DNA of 63,583 nucleotides, filler included, from a bacterium (GTDB lineage Bacteria; UBP15; UBA6099; JAJRTR01): NCBI GenBank assembly GCA_024278215.1. It is 5 parts of 5 records of this genome, joined end to end, with 100 filler letters (N's around TTAATTAATTAA, not from the genome) between each part and the next. Parts side by side here need not be neighbours in the genome. Positions count along the whole stretch, not along the records: positions 37,491 to 57,926 come from JAJRTR010000130.1; positions 58,027 to 63,583 come from JAJRTR010000136.1; 3 more parts are not named here. One strand, 5' to 3'. Shown piece by piece: positions 54,237 to 62,398 of this stretch (position 1 is its first letter; each line of letters starts with the position of its first letter). The notes under the pieces were generated by a model. It saw only the letters and a program-made list of their open reading frames with translations, ran no database searches and was not told where the DNA came from. The position numbers and the translations under genes were made by a program.

Positions 54237-55508
54237 TCAGACAAGTTCCCTGTACAGTTTGTAAGCGAGTTCGCTTGCGCCGGCGTTGCTTTTTACAACC
54301 TCAAGTGCCGAGTCGTCCATCTTATTCCTTAAATCTTCACGGTCTAAATATTCTATCAGAGTCCGGGCCAGTTCGTCGCCGTCACGGACGCATCTGCCGC
54401 CGCCGCCGGCCTCGAGTGCGGCAACGCCCGCTTTAAAATTCGCCATGTTGGGGCCATAGAAAGCGGCTTTTCCGCACGCCGCAGGCTCGAGGATATTGTG
54501 TCCGCCCCGCTCGATGAGGCTGCCGCCGACAAAGCACGCCGCAGCTATCGAGTAAAGATACCGCAGTTCTCCTATCGTGTCCCAGACGACAATATCGCCG
54601 GTGCACGGATTCCGCGGGCTGCATTCAGAGCGCAGATCGACTTTTCGACCGTCGGCGCGGCACAGCTCGAGCACATCCGGCGATCTCTCGATGTGGCGCG
54701 GCGCGATCACCATTCTTAACGCGGGAAATTTCTCTTTCAGTTTCCGCAGCACATCGAGCATAATCTCTTCCTCGCCCGGATGTGTGCTGCCCGCGACAAC
54801 AAAGGGCGCACCGTCTGCACATACTGTCCTGCGAAGTTCGTCGATCTTATCGTTTTCGAGTTCCGTCATCATGCCGTCGAATTTCATGTTGCCCACAATA
54901 TGTACCTTCGACGGTTCGGCGCCCAGTTTTTTCATGCGTTCGGCGTCCGTTGCGGATTGCACGCCGATGGTGTTCATAAGTGAAAACACATAGCGATACA
55001 GTCCGCTGATCGTGTTGCCCGTGGAAGCCATGCGATCCGACACGCGACCATTCAGAAGCAGCACGGGCGCACCGCTTTTTCGGCACTGCGCAACGATGTT
55101 CGGCCAGATTTCCGTTTCCATAAGTATAAGAACGCGCGGCCTGAAAGCGCGGACGGCGCGTGCGATAACCCATGGAAAATCGAAAGGGAAGTAAGCGGAA
55201 ATGATTTTATCGCCGAAAGTATTTTGCAGTACTTCCATGCCGCCTTTTGTCGTTGTGGTGACGACGACAGGCGTGCCGGGCTCGCGCTCGAGCAGCAAGC
55301 GGATAAGTGGTGTCGCGCCGACTGCTTCGCCGACAGAAACAGCATGAACCCATGTTGCTCCGCCCGCCGGTTTCCTCTTGTAAAAAGCAAATCTTTCCCT
55401 CATCGTGCCTGTGTATTTGCGGTTGTTTATCGCGGCGACGGCGAAAAACACAAGCAGCAGTGGATATGCCGCTATCAGTATGACGTTGTAAATCAGGTGA
55501 TAAATCAA
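54237..55508 (-). CDS. waaA: Kdo transferase
   Basis: WVHAVSVGE, ETEIWPN, GSTHPGEE, APRHIER, DTIGEL, GGHNILEPA. Confidence 0.95.
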   Translation of the reverse strand: MIYHLIYNVILIAAYPLLLVFFAVAAINNRKYTGTMRERFAFYKRKPAGGATWVHAVSVGEAVGATPLIRLLLEREPGTPVVVTTTTKGGMEVLQNTFGDKIISAYFPFDFPWVIARAVRAFRPRVLILMETEIWPNIVAQCRKSGAPVLLLNGRVSDRMASTGNTISGLYRYVFSLMNTIGVQSATDAERMKKLGAEPSKVHIVGNMKFDGMMTELENDKIDELRRTVCADGAPFVVAGSTHPGEEEIMLDVLRKLKEKFPALRMVIAPRHIERSPDVLELCRADGRKVDLRSECSPRNPCTGDIVVWDTIGELRYLYSIAAACFVGGSLIERGGHNILEPAACGKAAFYGPNMANFKAGVAALEAGGGGRCVRDGDELARTLIEYLDREDLRNKMDDSALEVVKSNAGASELAYKLYRELV

Positions 55509-55551
55509 ATTTGCCGCCAGTAAACATTAGAGCTGATTGCAGAGCTGTGTT

Positions 55552-56040
55552 TCAACTTTCAATGTGTCCGTTTCCGTTGCGGGATGTTTTTTGAGCCGCT
55601 TGCATGACACGCTTGAACGACGGCACGACCTTGAAGCTGTACCCGCAGTGGTCGAGCAACTCGCCGCCTGAATACAGCAGGTCCGGGTCGGGATATTCCC
55701 TGCATATATCCGGCCTGTTCTCATGGTCGCCGCATTTGCCGTCTTCCGTGATCATGCTGCATTTAAAAATCAGCAGTCCGCCGTCTGTTTTCCCGATAAG
55801 TTCGAAACGGTCATAATCGGGATAATCCTTCAACATTGCACGAAAATCTTTTTCTTTTCTTATCCAGCGGTCGCCGTAAGAAAGATTCAGGTGAAGACAG
55901 CAGCGGCCGCACATATCGCATTGCCCGGCTACTACCACCTCGCGGCCCCTCGCCTTGTGCCACAGCCACTTCGCCAGTCCCGCGGGAGTGTACCGAAGCA
56001 CTTTGAGTATCCCGGCTTTATTGTCGGCCATATTGCTCAT
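55552..56040 (-). CDS. YkgJ family cysteine-cluster protein
   Basis: CDMCGRCC ... C...HENRPDICREYP. Confidence 0.85.
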   Translation of the reverse strand: MSNMADNKAGILKVLRYTPAGLAKWLWHKARGREVVVAGQCDMCGRCCLHLNLSYGDRWIRKEKDFRAMLKDYPDYDRFELIGKTDGGLLIFKCSMITEDGKCGDHENRPDICREYPDPDLLYSGGELLDHCGYSFKVVPSFKRVMQAAQKTSRNGNGHIES

Positions 56041-57386
56041 GCACAGAAATCTCTGAGAAAATCGTAAAGAACTTTCACCCCGAAATCAATCCCGTCAATC
56101 GGAATCTTTTCGTCGATGCCGTGTATGCCGTCGAGGTAATCCTTCAGCTCGAGCCTCTCGGATTTCAGAGGCTGGAAACCATAAGCGACAATGCCTTTCT
56201 TGCGGAAAAACCTGTTGTCTGTAGCACCCGGCATAAGGAAAGGACTGATGACACAGCCCGGATCATGTTTTTTGAGAGTTTTGCAGATAGCCCTGTAAAG
56301 TTCAGTGTTTACGGGACTCTCCGTGGGGTCCGTCACCGGGAGATCGAAAGGCACGATCTCGTCGACGTCGATCATTTTTGCGATCATGTCTCTGAATTCG
56401 CCGGATGTCTGGCCCGGCAGAATCCGGCAGTCGATCACTGCTTCGCATTTCTCCGGAATGATGTTTTCCTTGTAGCCCGCGCTGATCTTTGTCGGCGACA
56501 CCGTGTCGTGTGTGAGTGCGAACAGCATCTCCGCCACACGTTCGTCGAACGATTTGACCAGCTTCAATATCGCGTCGGAAAACAGAGGGTTGAAAACCTG
56601 TGATATGACGATATCTTTAGGGAAACCAAGTACACCGGCCATTTTATTGATAACCTGCCTGGCGATCTTTGTTTTTCTTATCGGAAGAGGTTTCGATATT
56701 TCCCGCAATGCTTTCGACATGCGAACTATCGAGTTGTCTTTTCTCGGCACCGAGCCGTGGCCGGGTTCGCCGCGTGTGATTAGGCGAATCCAGTTGACGC
56801 CTTTTTCGGCGTTCTGGACGGTATACAGGTGTTTGCCGTCGATCACGGCGCAGTAGCCGCCTCCCTCGTTGAGCGCGTATTCGCAGTCTATGAGATCGAA
56901 TCGATTCTCGACAAGGTAGTGCATGCCGTAGAAGCCGGACTGCTCTTCGTCGGCACATGCGCAATAGATGACATCGCGCGAGAGTGGTTCGCCGCGACGT
57001 TTTAGTCCGACGAAAGCGGCGAGAAACATAGCGGCGGTATGTTTCATGTCCATCGCGCCCCGGCCCCAAATACAGCCGTCCTTCACAACTCCCTCGAACG
57101 GCGGCACAGACCAGTCGTCGGCATTTGCAGGCACAACATCAAGGTGGCTGCCCAGAAGCAGCGCGCCTTTTTCTCCGTTGCCTTTCAAACGCGCTATTAT
57201 ACTGCCGCGGGTTGGTTCGGACTCGATGATCGTGCTTTCGATGCCCTCTTTGTCGAGTACGTTCCCTATATATTCGCAGGCCGCCGTTTCGTTGCCGGGT
57301 GGATTTGATGTGTCGATTCTAATGAGGTCGATAAGGTATTTCTGCGCTTCAGCCGACAGTCTCTTTACGTCACTTCCTTCAAGCAT
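56037..57386 (-). CDS. M20/M25/M40 family metallo-hydrolase
   Basis: SHLDVVPA, WGRGAMDMK, ADEE, LNEGG, GHGS, GATD, HGIDE. Confidence 0.92.
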   Translation of the reverse strand: MLEGSDVKRLSAEAQKYLIDLIRIDTSNPPGNETAACEYIGNVLDKEGIESTIIESEPTRGSIIARLKGNGEKGALLLGSHLDVVPANADDWSVPPFEGVVKDGCIWGRGAMDMKHTAAMFLAAFVGLKRRGEPLSRDVIYCACADEEQSGFYGMHYLVENRFDLIDCEYALNEGGGYCAVIDGKHLYTVQNAEKGVNWIRLITRGEPGHGSVPRKDNSIVRMSKALREISKPLPIRKTKIARQVINKMAGVLGFPKDIVISQVFNPLFSDAILKLVKSFDERVAEMLFALTHDTVSPTKISAGYKENIIPEKCEAVIDCRILPGQTSGEFRDMIAKMIDVDEIVPFDLPVTDPTESPVNTELYRAICKTLKKHDPGCVISPFLMPGATDNRFFRKKGIVAYGFQPLKSERLELKDYLDGIHGIDEKIPIDGIDFGVKVLYDFLRDFCA

Positions 57387-57538
57387 ATCTCCGCTCCGTG
57401 TTCCATTGACGGTAACTACTCGTTGTGATGCTCTCGTGTTTCATATTACAAGCAAATGTTTCCACGGCCACCACAGATATCGAGCACACAGACGCCGCGC
57501 AAATTATAACACTTTATATCCGATGCCGCACACCTTAC

Positions 57539-57567
57539 TTTACACCGGCGTGCCGGACGCATACAAT
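57539..57567 (+). promoter_or_regulatory. Sigma70-type promoter of trmL
   Basis: TTTACA, 17 bp, TACAAT; ATG 10 nt downstream. Confidence 0.6.
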
Positions 57568-57577
57568 GTTTTCTGCT

Positions 57578-57926
57578 ATGAAGGATACTTTCCCGTTGCA
57601 CATCGTGTATGTGAATCCGCAGATACCGCAGAACACAGGAAGCACGGCGCGTCTCTGTGCGGCAACTGCCGTTCCGCTTCATCTCGTGGGCGAACTCGGT
57701 TTTCGCGTCGATGAGAAATCCGTGCGCAGGGCGGGCCTGGACTACTGGCCATTCATGAAACTATACCGGCACGCCGACATGCGGGAGCTGTGGACGCAGG
57801 CGGGCGGCGCGCGCTTCCACTACTTTTCAAAGACTGCCGACAGACCATATTACGAGGCGCGGTTCGAGTACGGCGACTACCTTGTTTTCGGCGCGGAGAC
57901 CACAGGCCTGCCGAAGGAAATTCTCG
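57578..57926 (+). CDS. trmL: tRNA (cytidine/uridine-34-2'-O)-methyltransferase, truncated by gap
   Basis: PQIPQNTG..ARLCAAT, LHLV..LGF, RRAGLDYW, LVFGAETTGLP. Confidence 0.93.
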
Positions 57927-58026
57927 NNNNNNNNNNNNNNNNNNNNNNNNNNNNNNNNNNNNNNNNNNNNTTAATTAATTAANNNNNNNNNNNNNNNNNN
58001 NNNNNNNNNNNNNNNNNNNNNNNNNN
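57927..58026. other. Artificial contig spacer
   Basis: N44-TTAATTAATTAA-N44. Confidence 0.97.
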
Positions 58027-58044
58027 GTTAAGTTAACGCCTATG

Positions 58045-58289
58045 GGTGCCTGTACCTGCTTTTCGCGTGTTGGGACTTTTTGCGCCGGAATCAACTTTTG
58101 TTTTTTGGGACCTGCCGTGTGGAAGCGGGCACCTTGAAGCGGTGCTTCTCGCTTTCCTTCCTCAGCAACTCCAGGTACTCCCGCCTGACGTTGTCCACGA
58201 AAAACACGTTCTTCCGATTGTTTCCCCGCCGGGTCCTGGGCCACAAGATAAAAAAACCCAGGCGCTGCCACTCTCGCTATTCTCACCAT
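58045..58289 (-). pseudogene. Internally deleted, frameshifted REP-associated tyrosine (Y1/HUH) transposase remnant
   Basis: MVRIARVAAPG, then after a frameshift RGNNRKNVFFVDNVRREYLELLRKESEKHRF, fused directly to a PLPHGR.QKTK C-terminal segment; HUH core absent. Confidence 0.75.
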
Positions 58290-58340
58290 TGCGCTATGAT
58301 GCCATACTCACTTTTATCACGTCAAACACATCAAAAAAAC

Positions 58341-58420
58341 GGTGGCTGTCCCCATTATTCACCATTATTCACCATTATTCACCATTATTCACCATTATTC
58401 CCATTATTCCCCATTATTCC
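58341..58420. repeat. GGTGGCTGTCCCC REP end followed by about 7 tandem copies of ccattattc(a)
   Basis: ggtggctgtccccattattcaccattattcaccattattc... read directly. Confidence 0.85.
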
Positions 58421-58564
58421 GCAGTGTTTGTTTTTTGTTTCCGTGTTTATCAGTGGAAATATGTTCGGTGCGGTTCGCAGTTCGCGCCCTACAGCGGAAA
58501 GTCATGCCGACAACGCGGATGAAGACATCACGCGACGCGTTCTGTCATTGCCCGGGAGCGGCGG

Positions 58565-59278
58565 TCACTTTTTCCTGCGCTCTTTCTCCATCCCGTCCGG
58601 TTCCTTTTCCCAATCGCCGGCGTCTATCTCATTTTCGTCGACGACCCTGCCGTAGACAATCATATCGAGTTGCTTTTCGACATCCTTGCAGTTTTCTCTG
58701 CCATCCTCATGAAACGGGTCGGCTATCACCTGAAGATACTTTTCATAATAATCCGGTTCCTTTCCGTACACATCCATATCAGGATAAATAAAGACCAGTC
58801 CCCCTATAAATAATGGACTGTATATAAAAAGCAGTTGTTTGTCATTATAAAGTCTTCTGATTTCGTCCACATAATGTGCAGCCTCATCACATCTTTTTTC
58901 ATCGTCCAGCCTGGAAATAAGCTCCGAGTACAGCTCAATCAGTAATGTAGATTCCGTATCGAAATTCCGCCCGAAACTCATTTTGTACCCATCAAGTTTT
59001 GTATAACCCTCGATTCTCTTTTTTACATCATCCACCTCATTTTCATCCCTTTCGCTCTCCTTCCACTGAACCCGTTTCTCATCGTATAGCGAAGGCACAA
59101 CATATTTGTAGATCATTATTATTTGCGGATCGTCAAGCGGTAAATAATAGCCCCGGCCATCATATTCCGGCCACCTGAACAGTGAATATCCGGTGATCAG
59201 AATACCGATTGCAGCAGCAATCATCGCAAATATAATAAATCCGGCAATCAGCCTTTTATTTCTTATCTTTACCTTCAT
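58565..59278 (-). CDS. Hypothetical protein with N-terminal membrane anchor (candidate immunity protein)
   Basis: Basic N-terminus then LIAGFIIFAMIAAAIGILITGY; acidic Tyr-rich body; GAGGAG RBS; AT-richer than host genes. Confidence 0.65.
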   Translation of the reverse strand: MKVKIRNKRLIAGFIIFAMIAAAIGILITGYSLFRWPEYDGRGYYLPLDDPQIIMIYKYVVPSLYDEKRVQWKESERDENEVDDVKKRIEGYTKLDGYKMSFGRNFDTESTLLIELYSELISRLDDEKRCDEAAHYVDEIRRLYNDKQLLFIYSPLFIGGLVFIYPDMDVYGKEPDYYEKYLQVIADPFHEDGRENCKDVEKQLDMIVYGRVVDENEIDAGDWEKEPDGMEKERRKK

Positions 59279-59342
59279 GTATGCTCCTCATGAATCGACA
59301 TGAGTCCCTGAGGCGAAAGCCCCGAGCCACTACAAGCAGCTC

Positions 59343-60032
59343 TTATAAAACCATTCTCGCTATTTTACTGCTTCTGATAAATCCATCGTACTTGTCCTTT
59401 AATATTTCAAAGCCATAATACTTATAATTATCTTTTCTGTTTAACATCTCTCTCAACACACTTCCAGCAATCTTTTTCTTCAAAAGGGGGTGCTCGACTT
59501 TATCATCGAACTTTTGCAACGCATCAAGCATCATCGCAGCCGCCCTCGCATCCGCACCCTTCTCATTTTTATGCAGATTGTACATTCTGTCAATTTCCCT
59601 TATGCGCTCGTCGAGTTTTCGGAATCGTTCAGCGTCTCTCTTAAGCATCAACGCCCTGCTTATGACGCCAGCTCCGGCTTTCTCGCCGTCGCCCATGCCC
59701 CGTCCGATGAACGCCATAGGCTGGAAGTAGTCGCTTCCGCCTTTATAAGCAGCCGATACGGCACGGGCGTAGTCGGACGCATTGTCGAAGTCGAGCCCCA
59801 TCTCACGGCAATACCCCCTTACCCGGTTTTCCCGTTCTTCATCTTCGATCTCTTCGGCAAGGCACTTAAAGCGTTCCCACTCTTCACATTCAGGCATGCT
59901 GTTCATGTGTGAGAATACGTAGTCGGTTTTCTCGCTATTGCCGAAAAGTCGATCTTCGATTATGTCTAAACGTTTGTCGATTCCGGCCAGTCTTCCGCCG
60001 AACTCTATTTTTGCGCTGTGTTCCGGATCCAT
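59343..60032 (-). CDS. Hypothetical protein with N-terminal phage-scaffold-tail-like motif
   Basis: RVRGYCREMGLDFDNASDYARAVS matches the C-terminus of 60297-62183; GAGGA RBS. Confidence 0.7.
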   Translation of the reverse strand: MDPEHSAKIEFGGRLAGIDKRLDIIEDRLFGNSEKTDYVFSHMNSMPECEEWERFKCLAEEIEDEERENRVRGYCREMGLDFDNASDYARAVSAAYKGGSDYFQPMAFIGRGMGDGEKAGAGVISRALMLKRDAERFRKLDERIREIDRMYNLHKNEKGADARAAAMMLDALQKFDDKVEHPLLKKKIAGSVLREMLNRKDNYKYYGFEILKDKYDGFIRSSKIARMVL

Positions 60033-60141
60033 ATTACATCATCCTCTCATAATTTGAAATATGCTTTCGCCATATTGCGCTATAGCAACTAAACCGGGTT
60101 TTGGGGTCAGACATAGAATAATGAACAGATTTGCCCATTCA

Positions 60142-60276
60142 AAAAATGGGGACAAAAATAGGGACAGTCACCGTTTTATCCTCCCGCTTTCTTGTCTTTT
60201 TCTGCCCCTTTCCTGGATTTGGATTTCTTGGCAACTTTTGTTTTTTGGGGCTTGCCGTGTGGAAGCGGGCACCTTG
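60142..60276 (-). mobile_element. 3' end fragment of RAYT-type element with GGTGACTGTCCC REP
   Basis: 60232-60276 is 43/45 identical to 58092-58136; translates PLPHGKPQKTKVAKKSKSRKG...GG* followed by ggtgactgtccctatttttgtccccatttt. Confidence 0.65.
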
Positions 60277-60296
60277 TTTACGGAAACACAAGGGAA

Positions 60297-62183
60297 TCAA
60301 CAGCGTCCATTAAGCGGCAGGGGAATAACGTATTCGCCGACGGTGGAGGCGGCACGTGCGTAGGCGGAGGCGTCGTCGGGGTCGAGGCCGCGCGTGGCGC
60401 ACCAGGCGGCGATGCGTTTGTCAAGGTCTGTGCTGTCGCCGGGGTCGCCGTGGCCGTTCGCGCCGCCCTGCCCTGTTTTCTGTGCGCCGTATTCACTCAT
60501 CGCGGGGTGTGCACCGAGCGAGTCGATGAAGGCCATGAAGTCGACTGTGGAGACGGTGCGCGAAACGGCGTTGTCGCCGGAGCTGTCGCCGCCGGGCGCG
60601 GCGTATTCGCTTGCGGCGGGCGCGTCGCCGTCGAGCAGCGCGAGCATGTCGAGTATGACGCTGTGGTATGCGGGCGGGATAAACCGGCCACGTGTTTCAA
60701 TGAATCGCCGCCTCTGTTTCTCCCTCAGCTTGCTTTCGCGGGTGCGGTATTCTTCGAGTTCGGCGACAGTTGCGTCGAGTCGTTGGGCAGTTTCTTTCAA
60801 CTGTTGTCTGAATTCTTCTTCTGCGTTTTCGACTTCCGTTTCTGCTTTTGTTTCTGCTTCGTTGTCGATTTTTAACTTTTCATCCTGTTCCTTTTCCGTG
60901 TCGTTTTCGCTATCGTCATCAGATTCGGATTTTGGATCGGCCGGTTCTGAAACCTTGCCTTCCGCTGCATTATTCACCGCGAGCGCACCTGATTCTTCAT
61001 CGACAGCGTTCTTTTCTTCCAGCTTGTTTTTCTTTGCTTCGATCTTTTCATCTTTCTTTTCACCTTTTTCCGCAGGCGCCGAGCCATAAGCATATTCGGC
61101 GACGCCGGATATGCTCACGCCCGTGTCGTCCGCGTCGTAGAGATAGGCGACTGTTTCGGGCGAGAGTTCATAGAGAGCGCTGATGTCGGCGAGCGAGCCG
61201 ATGGCGGGCAGTCGGGCGCCGAGCAGGGCGAGGCCCGCGGCGACATGTTTGTAGACTCTGCCGTCTGCGGCGTCCCTGAAGTCGTGCAGCACTTCGAGGC
61301 TCCGTTTCTTGTATGCGTTGCTTTTTATCAACTCGAATATTTTTTTCGGCACATCCTTGAGGTCTGCGAGCAGACTGCCGCCCCTGACGCGCAGGTTCGC
61401 CAGCCAGCCCGCGGCGGGGAGTCCGTCGCTTTTCAGCAACGGCTGTTCCTTCTCGTGGCCGAGTTTCACAGGCGCCTCGAAGCGGCCCTTGAGGTTGTTG
61501 TAAGCGTCGGCCATCTCGCGCAGGTCGTTTTCCGTGTAGTTTATCGTCCTGCCGGTGCTGTCGGTCCATTCGCCGGTCCTGAATATCTCGACGTTTTCGA
61601 TGTCGAAAGTTTCGTGCGCGGCTGCCGGTGTTGTGCTCGTGGTGGCGTCCGGTATTGTTTCCCGCGCTGCTTCATGTGCGGCGGCGTCTGCGACACTATG
61701 CGAGCTTTCCGCCGTGTCGATCCGGTCTTTCTCTGCAAATATATAGGATACGCCCAGGCCCTCGCCGGGTTCTTCACGCGTTGCGGCTTTGTCGTCATAT
61801 TCCGTCAGGACATAATAGAACCCATCGGCGTGTTCCTCGACCGTGTGGTCTTCATCCAGCGGCAGGTCCGTTTCCGTTTCGATCCATTCTTCCGCTTCGC
61901 CCGCGTTTCTGAAATGCTTTTTCGCGAATTTTATTGCAACACGCGAGTATCCGGGGCCGGAGTCGTTCTTTACGTCTTCACCGGATTCGCTCCAGAGACC
62001 GTCGGCGAGTTCGTGAGTGCGGCGGAACCGCGCCACCGCGACGCCCCACGGATTCCTGACAGTATCATCGTGCGCAAAACTTTCCGCCCATTGCGCTATC
62101 ATCTTGGCCTGATCGAGCGTAAGCGGCGCGCCGCCTATTTTCCTGAGTCTTTCCGGTACTTCATCAATTGATTGCCACGACAT
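60297..62183 (-). CDS. Phage-like prohead protease/scaffold protein with N-terminal ChaB-like domain
   Basis: ChaB-like MSWQSIDEVPE...AVARFRR...W; protease-like VEIFRTGEW, APVKLGH, PAAGW, YKKRS.E, LALLGA..PAI..L; acidic linker and coiled-coil scaffold tail; GGAGGT RBS before 62183. Confidence 0.8.
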   Translation of the reverse strand: MSWQSIDEVPERLRKIGGAPLTLDQAKMIAQWAESFAHDDTVRNPWGVAVARFRRTHELADGLWSESGEDVKNDSGPGYSRVAIKFAKKHFRNAGEAEEWIETETDLPLDEDHTVEEHADGFYYVLTEYDDKAATREEPGEGLGVSYIFAEKDRIDTAESSHSVADAAAHEAARETIPDATTSTTPAAAHETFDIENVEIFRTGEWTDSTGRTINYTENDLREMADAYNNLKGRFEAPVKLGHEKEQPLLKSDGLPAAGWLANLRVRGGSLLADLKDVPKKIFELIKSNAYKKRSLEVLHDFRDAADGRVYKHVAAGLALLGARLPAIGSLADISALYELSPETVAYLYDADDTGVSISGVAEYAYGSAPAEKGEKKDEKIEAKKNKLEEKNAVDEESGALAVNNAAEGKVSEPADPKSESDDDSENDTEKEQDEKLKIDNEAETKAETEVENAEEEFRQQLKETAQRLDATVAELEEYRTRESKLREKQRRRFIETRGRFIPPAYHSVILDMLALLDGDAPAASEYAAPGGDSSGDNAVSRTVSTVDFMAFIDSLGAHPAMSEYGAQKTGQGGANGHGDPGDSTDLDKRIAAWCATRGLDPDDASAYARAASTVGEYVIPLPLNGRC

Positions 62184-62398
62184 AACAAACACCTCCATAG
62201 GTTTCGCCGCTCCCGTTACAAACTGCGGGAGCGTTTCGGCGAGCAGCCTGCGTTCATTCATATTTCGCGAACCGCTCTCACCCTATGAAGGACGTTTCCG
62301 GGCCGGTTTCGGTCATGACTACCCAAAAAAGATGGTTTATAAGGCGCAAGGGCGAAAGCGAATTTTCGTTCGACCGACATTTGTGATAATATTCACCC

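Noticed and set aside
58352-58420. Possible CRISPR array
   Set aside because: 10-bp tandem units with no spacers and no cas genes.
59300-59335. CTGA-GGC-GAAA-GCC hairpin as hammerhead ribozyme or c-di-GMP riboswitch
   Set aside because: Lacks the CUGAnGA/GAAA core arrangement and riboswitch P1/P2 elements; reads as a GTAG-type REP on the minus strand.
58092-60276. 45-bp direct repeat as prophage attL/attR
   Set aside because: No integrase or tRNA target; the repeat translates as a RAYT-like C-terminus and is better explained as transposase debris.
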